This document shows positions 55,801 through 64,000 of a stretch of DNA of 64,000 nucleotides, in pieces. The notes under the pieces are model-generated. The model did no database searches. It worked only from the letters and a program-made list of their open reading frames with translations, and was not told the origin of the DNA. The stretch lies in the NCBI GenBank assembly GCA_036490385.1, contig DASXDX010000034.1, forward strand, positions 122,474-186,473. Direction: 5' to 3'. This DNA is from Terracidiphilus sp. Its GTDB lineage: Bacteria > Acidobacteriota > Terriglobia > Terriglobales > Acidobacteriaceae. The position numbers and the translations under genes are program-made. Each line of letters opens with the position of its first letter. Position 1 is the stretch's first letter.

Positions 55801-55985
55801 TTGAAGCCAACGCGACCATGGTGGTCCAGCATCCCGATCCAGACGAAACCTGGGCTTACCGGCGTCCCGCTGTCGACCGCATTCATGGTGCAGTGCGGCG
55901 GATGTTATTGAGAAAGGCGGGCGTCTCCACACCCATGACTGGCGAAGACCGTCTTGCGCCGGTTGAATCTGCTCTACCTGGCTGA
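52854..55985 (+). CDS. Three-module fusion protein: group II PLP-dependent decarboxylase + TPR repeats + ATP-grasp-like ligase domain
   Basis: AGGAG lies 6 nt upstream of the ATG at 52854. The N-terminal ~480 aa read HPGFMAWVQGGGTAVGMLAEMLAAGLN ... GILVTGSSMANFMAVKIARD ... FHVDGACGA ... AFDFHKWGQVPYDAG, with the PLP-Lys codon at 53832-53834. The middle has TPR repeats (LEARSEHLKVVALDPFNLRNLNALGLLLAVTGNRKAALIALNQAVQAAPES...). The C-terminal ~320 aa read FPLLLRVPGFHMGEHF ... YRVMMIDGELYPLHLAIS ... GLDYAGVDFGLSQDGDVLLFEANATMVV, which follows the ATP-grasp pattern. Confidence 0.7.
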   Translation: MRNPGGCPRAHESTHESAQEFTPGEAPRAAASLDPGDWTGFREQAHRMLDDMLDSIEHIREAPVWQPIPEQVRAHFRSELPAKPTALDQLHQEFMTHIVPFTARNAHPGFMAWVQGGGTAVGMLAEMLAAGLNANLGGRDQIPLEVERQVVEWMRKLFGFPAAASGILVTGSSMANFMAVKIARDASIGSDVRRQGVAQQPQRLTAYSSTAVHGCAAQALDLAGLGSDSLRLIPVDSRNRIDLEALAQTVASDRAAGFTPFLVIGTAGTVDTGAIDDLAGLAAFCGAQQLWFHVDGACGAMGMLAPEVAPRLNGIELADSLAFDFHKWGQVPYDAGFLLVRDGARHRQSFGSSAAYLAREDRGMSAGSPWPCDLGPDLSRGFRALKTWATFKAYGTERMGAVIANTCTLARYLEGRIAAYPELELLAPVELNIVCFRYRGATSAGPATENFLNQVNREIVIRLQESGAVAPSTTQIGGSLAIRAAIVNHRTTHADIDTLIEAVLSAGRSLRPAATRPEPPRAKTGEKMWQPWVKRNTRLEVIDSQLDSHDGIEKKTEVALRFERAMLLTQQGRTLEARSEHLKVVALDPFNLRNLNALGLLLAVTGNRKAALIALNQAVQAAPESILSRVNYGGVLLEEHDAAAALEQFEAALRIDPSSPQAHAGMFYALSRLGDRENAELHRRLGFEQKNVFVNLYRGTGQPVPVVLLVSSTGGNTPIEKLIDDTVFQTYVIVAEFYDAQNPLPEHRLVINGIGDVEVSEEALRAAQSLLTQASAPVINSPAAVLETGRCENAARLRAIPGIVTPETQLFPYSLLAGPDGAAALLDRGFNFPLLLRVPGFHMGEHFVDVSASDALPAAVAGLPAAVAGLPGAAPTDAQLLAIEYLDARGADGCFRKYRVMMIDGELYPLHLAISSHWKIHYFSADMKDKPDHRAEETVFLTDMPGVLGRRAMDALRQLQTALGLDYAGVDFGLSQDGDVLLFEANATMVVQHPDPDETWAYRRPAVDRIHGAVRRMLLRKAGVSTPMTGEDRLAPVESALPG

Positions 55986-56054
55986 AGAAGGAGCGTGGTT
56001 CCACCCGCCAGGCGATGCTTCGCCTTATTTTCGCTCTTCCGCTATAATTTATCT

Positions 56055-58046
56055 ATGGATTTTCAGCTCGTCACCAGCTACAAACCCAGGGGCGACCAGC
56101 CGCGCGCGATCGATGAGCTTATGCAGGGATTGGCCGCGGGCGAGAAGCATCAGGTGCTGCTGGGCGTGACCGGATCGGGCAAGACCTTCACGATGGCCAA
56201 GGTCATCGAGCAATCGAACCGGCCGGCGCTGATCCTGGCGCACAACAAGACCCTGGCCGCGCAGCTTTATCACGAGTTCAAGCAGTTCTTTCCCGGCAAT
56301 GCGGTCGAGTACTTCGTCAGCTACTACGACTACTACCAGCCCGAAGCCTACATCCCCGCCGGCGACCTCTACATCGAGAAGGAAGCGACGATCAACGAAG
56401 AGCTGGACAAGCTGCGGCTCTCGGCGACGCGCTCGCTCTTCGAGAGGCGCGACTCGATCATCGTCAGTTCCGTGAGCTGCATCTACGGCCTCGGTTCGCC
56501 GGAGGCGTACTTCGGCATGCTGCTGCTGCTCGAAAAAGGGCAGCAGATCAGCCGGAAGGACATTACGCGGCGGCTGGTGGAGATTCTCTACGAGCGCAAC
56601 GACAACGATTTTCGGCGCGGCACGTTCCGGGTGCGCGGCGATGTGATCGAGGTTTTTCCTACATACGACGAGACCGCGTATCGCATTGAGATGTTCGGCG
56701 ACGAGATTGAATCGCTGGCCCAGATCGATCCGCTCTTCGGCACCGTGAAGCAGAAGTTTGCGCGCCTGCCCATCTATCCCAAGAGCCACTACGTCATCAA
56801 GCCGGAGCGCAAGGCGGAGGCGATCGACTCGATTGTGAAGGAGCTGAACGAGTGGGTGCCGCACCTCGAAGCGGAAGGGCGGATGGTCGAGGCGCAGCGG
56901 GTGCACCAACGCACGCGCTTCGATCTTGAAATGATCAAATCCATGGGCTACTGCCATGGGATTGAGAATTACTCGCGGCATTTTTCGGGCCGGCTGCCGG
57001 GCGAGCCGCCGCCGACCCTGCTCGACTATTTTCCCCGCGATTTCCTGCTCTTTGTGGACGAAAGCCACGCCACGGTTCCGCAGGTGCATGGCATGTGGCA
57101 CGGGGACCGCAGCCGCAAGCAAAATCTGGTGGACTACGGGTTCCGTCTGCCCTCGGCGATGGACAACCGGCCGCTGAAATTCGACGAGTTTGAGAATCGC
57201 GTGCACCAATCCATCTACGTCTCGGCTACGCCGGGCCCCTACGAGCTCACGCGCTCCGCGGGGGTGGTGGTCGAGCAGGTGATCCGGCCCACGGGCCTGG
57301 TCGATCCCGAGGTCGAGATTCGGCCTGTGAAAGGGCAGATCGATGACCTGCTGGCGGAGATTCGCGACCGCGCCAAGCGCAACGAGCGCGTGCTGGTGAC
57401 CACGTTGACCAAGCGCATGGCCGAAGATCTGGCCGGCTACTACACCGAAGTGGGCGTGCGCTGCCGCTACATGCATTCGGAGATCGAGACGCTCGAACGC
57501 GTGAAGCTGCTAGCCGGGCTGCGCAGAGGCGAGTTCGACGTCCTGATCGGGATCAATTTGCTGCGCGAGGGGCTGGATCTGCCCGAGGTCTCGCTGGTGG
57601 CAATTCTCGATGCAGACAAGGAGGGCTTTCTGCGCTCAGCGGGTTCGCTCATTCAAACCATGGGCCGGGCGGCGCGCCATCTTGAGGGAAGAGCGATCCT
57701 CTACGCCGATAGGATGACGGACTCCATGCGCCGGGCGATCGACGAGACAGACCGGCGCCGACTGATCCAGCGCGCGTACAACGAGGAGCACGGCATTACG
57801 CCCCAGTCTGTGATCAGCCAGGTGGACATGGGCCTGGCGCAGATCCTGAAGGCTGAGTACGGCGAGTTGGCGATCGAGGAGAGCGAGACGATCCCGGACT
57901 TTGCCTCCCAGGAACAACTCGATGGATACATTGGGAAACTGGAAAACGAGATGCGGGACGCTGCGAAAAAATTCGAGTTCGAACGAGCCGCCCGGCTGCG
58001 CGATACCATAAAGGATTTGCGTGAGAAGGAGTTCCTCTTCGGATAA
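56055..58046 (+). CDS. uvrB: Excinuclease ABC subunit B
   Basis: [22 protein letters not shown], Walker [13 protein letters not shown], the beta-hairpin region [10 protein letters not shown], the helicase motif DESH and the C-terminal UVR domain [18 protein letters not shown]. Confidence 0.95.
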   Translation: MDFQLVTSYKPRGDQPRAIDELMQGLAAGEKHQVLLGVTGSGKTFTMAKVIEQSNRPALILAHNKTLAAQLYHEFKQFFPGNAVEYFVSYYDYYQPEAYIPAGDLYIEKEATINEELDKLRLSATRSLFERRDSIIVSSVSCIYGLGSPEAYFGMLLLLEKGQQISRKDITRRLVEILYERNDNDFRRGTFRVRGDVIEVFPTYDETAYRIEMFGDEIESLAQIDPLFGTVKQKFARLPIYPKSHYVIKPERKAEAIDSIVKELNEWVPHLEAEGRMVEAQRVHQRTRFDLEMIKSMGYCHGIENYSRHFSGRLPGEPPPTLLDYFPRDFLLFVDESHATVPQVHGMWHGDRSRKQNLVDYGFRLPSAMDNRPLKFDEFENRVHQSIYVSATPGPYELTRSAGVVVEQVIRPTGLVDPEVEIRPVKGQIDDLLAEIRDRAKRNERVLVTTLTKRMAEDLAGYYTEVGVRCRYMHSEIETLERVKLLAGLRRGEFDVLIGINLLREGLDLPEVSLVAILDADKEGFLRSAGSLIQTMGRAARHLEGRAILYADRMTDSMRRAIDETDRRRLIQRAYNEEHGITPQSVISQVDMGLAQILKAEYGELAIEESETIPDFASQEQLDGYIGKLENEMRDAAKKFEFERAARLRDTIKDLREKEFLFG

Positions 58047-58115
58047 GAGACTCCATTCGTTGAGAGGGAGCAACTCGGCAGTCGTCATTCGCCATCCCAG
58101 TCGAAGGAGTGCTTT

Positions 58116-58700
58116 ATGCATGTGGCGGCCGAGACCAGCGAGGCAACGATATTCTGGGGTGATATTGCTCCCAGCCAGCACGTTGCCCAATTCTACGCGG
58201 ACGACACTATGTTGCTGGACACATTGACAGGGTTTGTAGGCGGGGGCCTGACGGCTGGTGAAAGCGCCATCGTGATCGCGACTCCCGAGCACTTTCGAGC
58301 GCTGAAGCAGCGGCTCCAGAGCGCCAACGTCGATCTGACAAGAGCGATGTTCGAAGATCGATACATTGCGCTCGAGGCCGACGTAGCCCTTACCAGTTTC
58401 ATGGTCGATGACTGGCCGGACGAGCAGCTCTTCTCCAGTTTCGTTACAGGCCTGCTGCATCGCGCCTCGGCCCACAACCGGAGAGTGCGGGTTTTTGGCG
58501 AGATGGTGGCGGTGCTCTGGGCAAGAGGCCTGGAGGCTGCAACCGTGCGTCTCGAAGATCTATGGAACCAGTTCTGCAAGGATGACTCGTTCTCACTCTT
58601 TTGTGCCTACCCGAAAGCCGGATTTACCGAAGATTCTTCGCGTTCGCTGGATGCGATCTGCATAGCCCATTCGACGGTTTTTCACGGCCGAGTCATTTGA
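58116..58700 (+). CDS. MEDS-domain protein
   Basis: QHVAQFYADDTMLLDTLTGFVGGGLTAGESAIVIATPEH ... RVFGEMVAVLW ... FSLFCAYPKAGF follows the MEDS (DcmR-type sensory domain) motif order. Confidence 0.7.
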   Translation: MHVAAETSEATIFWGDIAPSQHVAQFYADDTMLLDTLTGFVGGGLTAGESAIVIATPEHFRALKQRLQSANVDLTRAMFEDRYIALEADVALTSFMVDDWPDEQLFSSFVTGLLHRASAHNRRVRVFGEMVAVLWARGLEAATVRLEDLWNQFCKDDSFSLFCAYPKAGFTEDSSRSLDAICIAHSTVFHGRVI

Positions 58701-58926
58701 TTCCGATCCGGCGGGGCTCTCCCCTTTTTGACGAACGAAAGCTACCTCTAAACATTGCTGGCTCTCGACCTGGGCGCCTGAGCCGACGATTTCGGCTCTA
58801 GGATTTCACGCGCACCCGTAAAATTTTCAGCCTGCAGGCAACCTGGGAACGTTTTCGACCCATCTTATTTCTTAATATTTAATGATCCGGCGAGCGCACG
58901 GTCCCGGGTCTGGGCTCAGGGGAATC

Positions 58927-59307
58927 ATGAGGACCATCCTTCTGGTCGAGGAAGACCCACTTCAGGCATTTGTACGCATGTCGGTCCTGGAAAAACGGTT
59001 CCCCGGGGTAAGGCGAGTGGCTGATCCGGGAGAAGCGCTTTGCCTGATCGAGCAACCGGTCTTCTCAGACAATCTGGGGCTGGTCATCGCCGGCCACCGG
59101 CTGTCCGGTTTGGACGGACCGGCTTTTGTAGCCGAACTGCACGCGCGGAAGCCGGCATTGCCGGTGCTGGTGCTGGGCGACAGGCAAGAGTCAGCCAGTG
59201 CTTATGCGGGTAAGGACGTCCGCTTTCTGGCCAAGCCGATTGCCGCCGATGAGATGGTGGCGGCAGCGAGCCAGTTGCTGGATGAAAACGAGCACCAGAC
59301 CCATTAA
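58927..59307 (+). CDS. Receiver-like domain lacking the phospho-acceptor Asp (pseudo-receiver)
   Basis: RTILLVEEDPLQ ... NLGLVIAGHRLSGLDG ... VLVLGD ... RFLAKP. Aligned to the canonical DD ... D-x-x-M-P-G-x-D-G ... T ... K-P, the acceptor position is Gly and the T/S position is Gly, while the Lys is kept. Confidence 0.6.
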   Translation: MRTILLVEEDPLQAFVRMSVLEKRFPGVRRVADPGEALCLIEQPVFSDNLGLVIAGHRLSGLDGPAFVAELHARKPALPVLVLGDRQESASAYAGKDVRFLAKPIAADEMVAAASQLLDENEHQTH

Positions 59308-59352
59308 GCGGCGTGCCAGGAGTTCATCCGCACTGAATCGAAGCCATGTCGG

Positions 59353-60036
59353 CTATCCACGCACGGAAACGCCGGAGAATGAGAGCACCGCGAGGCCGCG
59401 GACCGGCTGCCCAAAGAAGCGGGCCGGCTCAAACTTGCTGAAGAGAAGCAGATTTTCAACCTGCGACCGTGTGTTCGGGTCCGCGGGGCCGGAGACAATG
59501 CGATAGTCGTACACTTCGCCTTCGCCATTGATGTAGGCCTCCACGACCACCGGACCCGCGATCGCGCCGATGGTATCGCTCTCCGCGCCGCTTGATAGAT
59601 AGAGGAAATGGGGGGCGGTCGCCATGCCCAGCGGCTCGTCCTTGACGGCCTGCGCTGTTTCGGGCTGGGTGAATACGCTCACCAGCACGATGACCGTGCC
59701 CAGCAACAGCACCGCGCTGGCAAAGCCGGCTGAAGCCTGCAGAAGAAACGGACCGACTGTATTCTTCCACGCCAATTCCACCGCCTGCCGGCGATTGCAG
59801 CGGGTGCGGGCTCGCTCCTGGCTCACGGCGACACGAATTCTCAGCAATAGATCCGGGGGCTCCGGCACCGACCCCAGCGCCGAAAGCGAGGACTGCGCCC
59901 GCCGCAGCGCATCCCACTCCTGGGCGCAGATGCGGCAATGGTTGAGATGGGCGGCGATGTCCTGCATCTCGTGACCATTCAGCCGGCCATCCAGATAATC
60001 TGTAAAGCCCGCTTGTACTGAATCGCAGCCGCTCAT
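59353..60036 (-). CDS. Anti-sigma factor (zf-HC2, one TM, TonB-C-like periplasmic domain)
   Basis: HLNHCRICAQEW is the H-x3-C-x2-C motif. The TM is FLLQASAGFASAVLLLGTVIVLVSVF. The C-terminus VVVEAYINGEGEVYDYRIVSGPADPNTRSQVENLLLFSKFEPARFFGQPVRGLAVLSF resembles the TonB C-terminal fold. The gene overlaps the sigma gene by 4 nt. Confidence 0.7.
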   Translation of the reverse strand: MSGCDSVQAGFTDYLDGRLNGHEMQDIAAHLNHCRICAQEWDALRRAQSSLSALGSVPEPPDLLLRIRVAVSQERARTRCNRRQAVELAWKNTVGPFLLQASAGFASAVLLLGTVIVLVSVFTQPETAQAVKDEPLGMATAPHFLYLSSGAESDTIGAIAGPVVVEAYINGEGEVYDYRIVSGPADPNTRSQVENLLLFSKFEPARFFGQPVRGLAVLSFSGVSVRG

Positions 60037-60725
60037 CGCGCCTCCTCTCTTAGAGGGGTGTCAAATTGGGCAGAAACGGAAGGGCGCGTCACAGGTTTAG
60101 GGCCAGCCAGCAGCGTCTTCAAATGAGCCCGCCCGCGCACGAGCCGCGACTTAACCGTGCCGAGATTCACGCCCTGCATCTCCGCAACTTCCTCGTAGAC
60201 GAAGCCTTCAATGTCGCGCAGGATCAGCGTGGTGCGGAACGGCTCCGGAACCTGGCCCAAGGCCCATTCGACCCGTTCCCGGTTTTCCCGGTGCACAGCG
60301 GAGTCAAAGGGCGATTCCGCCGGGTCGACGAGCATCTCCTTCAGGCGCACCGGGCTTCCGGATTCGGAGTCGAACATCTCCTGCTCAATGGGAATCTCCT
60401 GCTGCTTGTGACGCATCCACCAGCGGCGCTGGTTAGAGGCTTCGCGCAACGCGATGCGGTAAATCCAGGTGCGCAGAGAGGATTCACCATGAAAACTGCG
60501 AACGCCGCGGAAGACTTTGACGAAGACTTCCTGACTGATATCGGCGGCATCGGCGCGATCGTGAACGGTGCGTGCCAGCAAGGAGTAGATCGGCTGATGA
60601 TAGCGCGCAATAAGCCACGCGAACGCCTCTTCAGAGCCGGCGCGCAACTCTTCGATCAGAGCCGCTTCGTCAGATTGGAAGGTTAACGCACTTGCCAGAT
60701 TGCCCATGGTGAGATCCGCCTGCAA
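60033..60725 (-). CDS. ECF-type RNA polymerase sigma-70 factor
   Basis: Region 2 is YHQPIYSLLARTVHDRADAADISQEVFVKVFRGVRSF...RTWIYRIALREA. Region 4 is LILRDIEGFVYEEVAEMQGVNLGTVKSRLVRGRAHL. The TTG start at 60725 has GGAGGA 6 nt upstream; the ATG at 60707 is an alternative. Confidence 0.85.
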   Translation of the reverse strand: MQADLTMGNLASALTFQSDEAALIEELRAGSEEAFAWLIARYHQPIYSLLARTVHDRADAADISQEVFVKVFRGVRSFHGESSLRTWIYRIALREASNQRRWWMRHKQQEIPIEQEMFDSESGSPVRLKEMLVDPAESPFDSAVHRENRERVEWALGQVPEPFRTTLILRDIEGFVYEEVAEMQGVNLGTVKSRLVRGRAHLKTLLAGPKPVTRPSVSAQFDTPLREEAR

Positions 60726-60978
60726 ACCTCTGTCCTCCCACCTTACCGCAACTCGAGCCCCCTTTGCATCTGGCCCGGCTTGACGACAGCCGACAGATGC
60801 ACGGCGACACGGGACGCAGTCGCTTTGAACAGCCGCGGAATCAGCCCTAAACCCTGGAGCGAGAACGCCGCCATAAAAATCGGCTATCTGCGCTCCACTC
60901 TGTTAGACACCGGCACCCACCCAAACTGTTCCCGGGCACAGTCAAAGTTTTTCCTGTCGCGCAAAGGCGTTCCGCCGG

Positions 60979-61929
60979 TCAGACAGTAAATACGATCCTT
61001 CTGCCCTTTTCAACGCGATTCCACGCGGATTCAACTTGCGCGAGAGGAACCGGTTCCACGGCAATCTTGAGACTGCCGGCTGCGGCCATGGAGAACAGTG
61101 TGGGAATTGCGGCGAAGATCAGATCCAGCCGTGCGGAGCCGAATCCGCTGCCCATCAGGATCAGATCGATACTCCGCAGGATGGCGCCGGGAAGGTTGAT
61201 CGTTTTGCCCGCGCTCTCGCCTACTTCCACCAGCCGGGTTTGATGAGTCGAACTGGCTTTGAACCCTTTGGCGAGCGCTTCGAGCAGCAATTCGGTCGGC
61301 CGGCCCCACAGGTAGTTGATAATCACGTCGATCCCGGCGGCGGCGTGGGCTGCGAAGGCTTCGCGTACCGCGTCTTCCGGCTCGTCGAGGGCCACGATCG
61401 CGTCCACATCCGCCGCCGCGATGGCATTCACATTCCGGCCGGCGGCGATCACGCGCTTGGCGCCCAGCAGACGCGCGGACTGCACCGCAAGCTGCCCCGC
61501 CACACCCGTGGCTCCCAGAACCAGCACCGTCTCTCCAGGTTTCACCGCGGCCCGCTCCTTGAGAGAGATCCAGGCCGACATGCCCGGATTCGCGATGGCT
61601 GCGGCCTGCACGTCCTCCAGTCCGTCGGGCAACGGAATGCACTTCGCAAGCGGAGCGGCCGCCTGTTCCGCCATCGGTCCCCAGGGCTTGCGCACGAAGA
61701 GGAAGTAGACGCGGCGGCCATCTTCGAGAACGCCCACTCCATCGATGCCCGTGACCGCAGGCAGCTCGCCGCCGCTTGCATAATGTTCGCCGCTCGCGAG
61801 GCCTTTCACAATGGGGTGCAGCCCGGCCGCGCGGACCTGGATGAGCGCCTCGCCTTCCTGGGGCATTGGATCGGGAAACGATTGGTACTTCGGCGCCTGG
61901 CCCAGAGTGTTGACGACGGCTGCCTGCAT
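60979..61929 (-). CDS. Zinc-type/quinone oxidoreductase family dehydrogenase (MDR)
   Basis: MQAAVVNTLGQAPKYQSFPDPMPQEGEALIQVRAAGLHPIVKG, then the Rossmann motif VLVLGATGVAGQLAVQSARLLGA. The protein is 316 aa. Confidence 0.8.
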   Translation of the reverse strand: MQAAVVNTLGQAPKYQSFPDPMPQEGEALIQVRAAGLHPIVKGLASGEHYASGGELPAVTGIDGVGVLEDGRRVYFLFVRKPWGPMAEQAAAPLAKCIPLPDGLEDVQAAAIANPGMSAWISLKERAAVKPGETVLVLGATGVAGQLAVQSARLLGAKRVIAAGRNVNAIAAADVDAIVALDEPEDAVREAFAAHAAAGIDVIINYLWGRPTELLLEALAKGFKASSTHQTRLVEVGESAGKTINLPGAILRSIDLILMGSGFGSARLDLIFAAIPTLFSMAAAGSLKIAVEPVPLAQVESAWNRVEKGRRIVFTV

Positions 61930-62141
61930 CGGCTCAGTCTCCTTGCAAACTCGTGATTGGATTCACGGATACCTGATTGTGACTCTTCTATAACAATTCC
62001 TCGCAAAAAGCGAGCCGGAGCTGCCGCTCTCCCGCGACATGCGCGAGGAGTTGGATCAAGAGCTCCGACCCCAGAGGGCGATTGAGAGTGGACTCGCCGG
62101 CGGCCGACGGTGTAGCTTGGATTCGTTCCCGAGGAGCGATT

Positions 62142-62852
62142 GTGCAGCGCCGAGACTTTGTACGCGCCGTGATCTCATTCCTGTTTGCAGCGAAGGTTTC
62201 CAGGGCCCAGCAGGCCGGGGACCCCACGCTGCCGCCGCCCGCGCCTGTGCCGTGGACTCTCGGCCTCAACTCCCGAACACCGGTGCCCGCCACTCAACTG
62301 GCAGATGAGATCGCTGCGGCTGAGCTGCGCTTCTTCTCAGAGAAGCAGATGGCAACGCTGATGCGCCTCAGCGACGTGTTGCTTCCGCCGTTGAATGGCA
62401 AGCCTGGTGCGCTCGAGGCGCAGACGCCCGTCTTTCTCGATTTCCTGATTGGAAGTTCGCCTGAGCCGCGCCAGAAAACCTATGCCAGTGGACTCGATTG
62501 GCTTGAAGCGCAGTCGCAGGCAAAATTCAAGGCCCCCTTTGCCAGGCTTGATGACAATCAGGCCGGCGATCTGCTCAAACCTTGGCTGCGCACCTGGATG
62601 ACCGATCATCCGCCGGCAGAGTCCGGCGCCGAATTCATCAATATCGCCCACGATGACATTCGCACGGCGACGATCAATTCCAAGGCATGGAGCGATGTTC
62701 CTTCGGTCGGCGCGGAAGAATCCACTGAGGTGGCGCTCTACTGGTCTCCCATCGAGCCGGATATCTACGGACCAGAGGCGTCCGGACACATTCCGCCGCA
62801 TGTGCAGGCAGCGCCTAAAGCGGCCCACGCGATGCCCTCCTACCCGCGATAG
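62142..62852 (+). CDS. Gluconate 2-dehydrogenase subunit 3-family protein (Tat-signal small subunit of a GMC dehydrogenase)
   Basis: The GTG at 62142 follows GAGGAG. The Tat-like signal is VQRRDFVRAVISFLFAAKVSRAQ. FFSEKQMATLMRLSDVLLP is the family-typical start of the mature domain, and the GMC oxidoreductase gene is immediately downstream. Confidence 0.65.
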   Translation: MQRRDFVRAVISFLFAAKVSRAQQAGDPTLPPPAPVPWTLGLNSRTPVPATQLADEIAAAELRFFSEKQMATLMRLSDVLLPPLNGKPGALEAQTPVFLDFLIGSSPEPRQKTYASGLDWLEAQSQAKFKAPFARLDDNQAGDLLKPWLRTWMTDHPPAESGAEFINIAHDDIRTATINSKAWSDVPSVGAEESTEVALYWSPIEPDIYGPEASGHIPPHVQAAPKAAHAMPSYPR

Positions 62853-62881
62853 CTTCGCGGCACTAAACAACGAAGCGACCC

Positions 62882-64000
62882 ATGAGAAACGAAACCTACG
62901 ATGTGCTGATTATCGGGTCCGGCCACTCCGGCGGAATGGCGGCCAAGGTCCTGACCGAAACGGGCATTCGCTGCCTGATGCTGAATGCCGGACCGGTCGC
63001 CGACGTCCTGCGTGATGCCGCGCGCAAGCCTGCGTACGAGCTTCCCTATCGTGGATTCAGACCGCCCGGCCGCATTGACCATGTCTTTCAATCCAACGAG
63101 TTCAATGCCAACGTGTGGGTGGATGAGCAGGAGGTCCCTTACACCTTCGAGCCCGATCAGCCTTACAACTGGGTGCGGGTGCGCCTCTTCGGCGGCCGTT
63201 CGCTCTTCTGGTCGCGCCAGTCGTTCCGCTTGAGCGACTACGAGTTCAAATGCAAATCGCATGACGGCTTCGGCGAAGACTGGCCCATCAGCCATGCCGA
63301 TCTTGCCCTCTATTACTCGCGCGTAGAAAGAATCTTTCGTGTGGCGGGCGCGCTCGATGGCCCTCCGCAGATGCCCGACGGCAGCTTCATTCTCGACGAC
63401 AGCCGATGGTCGCTTTCGATGCAGCGCTTCATCACCGCCGCTAAGCCGCGCAACATTCCTGTGTGCAAGCAGAGGCGCGCGTTAGGCGTGGACGGCCTCG
63501 CCAGCTCGGTGAATCTTCTGCTGCCTGACGCCGAGCGAACCGGCAATCTCACCTCCATTGCCGACGCCGTCGTCCGGGAGATCACAGTCGACAAAGCCAC
63601 CGGTCTGCCTAACGGGTGCAACTTCGTTGACCGGCTCTCGCGGCGGGAGATGAGCGTGAAGGCGCGCGTGGTGATATTGGCAGCGGGAACGCTCGAGAGC
63701 ACGCGCCTGCTGTTGAACTCGAACCTCGCCAATTCAAGCGGCCTGGTGGGCCGCTATCTCACCGACCAGATCTACGGCGCCGGCGTCGTGTGCTCGGTGC
63801 CGGAGGCGCGCGGCCGCAGAGCGGGAGATGTTGCAGCCGGAAAGCTCATGGGCGGCGCGCTCATGGGCGGAGGCGCAATCGTTCCCCGTTTCCGCAACAT
63901 CGAAAGTAAAAGCGACAGGTTTTTGCGCGGCTACGCGTTGAACGTAAGCAGCATGACCGGCGCCCTTGGGCCGCGCAACTTCGCCGCCTATGGCGCGGAG
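62882..64000 (+). CDS. GMC-family FAD-dependent oxidoreductase (3' end outside window)
   Basis: My own translation from the ATG at 62882 gives 373 codons with no stop. It reads [28 protein letters not shown] (FAD GxGxxG) ... [15 protein letters not shown] ... [16 protein letters not shown] ... [20 protein letters not shown]. Confidence 0.8.
   Translation, partial: MRNETYDVLIIGSGHSGGMAAKVLTETGIRCLMLNAGPVADVLRDAARKPAYELPYRGFRPPGRIDHVFQSNEFNANVWVDEQEVPYTFEPDQPYNWVRVRLFGGRSLFWSRQSFRLSDYEFKCKSHDGFGEDWPISHADLALYYSRVERIFRVAGALDGPPQMPDGSFILDDSRWSLSMQRFITAAKPRNIPVCKQRRALGVDGLASSVNLLLPDAERTGNLTSIADAVVREITVDKATGLPNGCNFVDRLSRREMSVKARVVILAAGTLESTRLLLNSNLANSSGLVGRYLTDQIYGAGVVCSVPEARGRRAGDVAAGKLMGGALMGGGAIVPRFRNIESKSDRFLRGYALNVSSMTGALGPRNFAAYGAE

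Noticed and set aside
53955-55886. 643-aa minus-strand ORF, together with the neighbouring 510-aa ORF at 52359-53891.
   Set aside because: Both are antisense to the decarboxylase/TPR/ATP-grasp gene. They have no motifs and an Arg/Ala/Gly-rich composition, so they are GC-driven shadow frames.
56049-57476. 475-aa minus-strand ORF.
   Set aside because: It is antisense to uvrB, whose identity is unambiguous. It is a shadow ORF.

Overview
This is a GC-rich bacterial chromosomal segment. The gene content (TonB-dependent receptor with a carboxypeptidase-regulatory-like domain, FecR-like and W/G-repeat secreted proteins, many PAS kinases, stem-loop intergenic repeats) looks Acidobacteriota-like, but that is inference only. 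I can support about 55 protein-coding genes, most of them housekeeping:
- pstCAB-phoU, with no pstS in the window
- hom, cobB, qor, murA, eno, ruvC, xseA, glmM, glgA and uvrB
- an Mrp/ApbC Fe-S carrier and an ABC-F ATPase
- glycosyltransferases of families GT2 and GT39
- a GH78-like hydrolase next to a LacI regulator
- a hybrid histidine kinase, response regulator and Hpt phosphorelay, plus a second PAS kinase
- an ECF sigma / anti-sigma pair
- a GMC oxidoreductase with its small subunit, running off the 3' end

I recognised no rRNA, tRNA, CRISPR array, transposase or integrase.

The loci most worth a second look are:
1. An AT-richer islet at 44.3-46.1 kb between core genes. It carries an orphan TIR-domain protein with two unassigned flanking domains, next to a VapBC (RHH/PIN) module.
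2. A 1043-aa single-polypeptide fusion of a group II PLP decarboxylase, TPR repeats and an ATP-grasp-like ligase domain (52.9-56.0 kb).
3. Two separate pairs of a small secreted Cys/His-rich protein followed by an outer-membrane barrel.
4. A MEDS-domain protein plus a receiver domain that lacks the phospho-acceptor Asp, convergent with the ECF sigma / anti-sigma pair.

Several intergenic repeat families are also recorded: a stem-loop REP-like element, CTG-phased heptamer arrays and a 3 x 19 bp array upstream of glgA.

All calls come from reading the translated ORFs and the DNA by eye. No database search or numerical composition analysis was run. Start codons were chosen by motif and RBS inspection and several remain uncertain.
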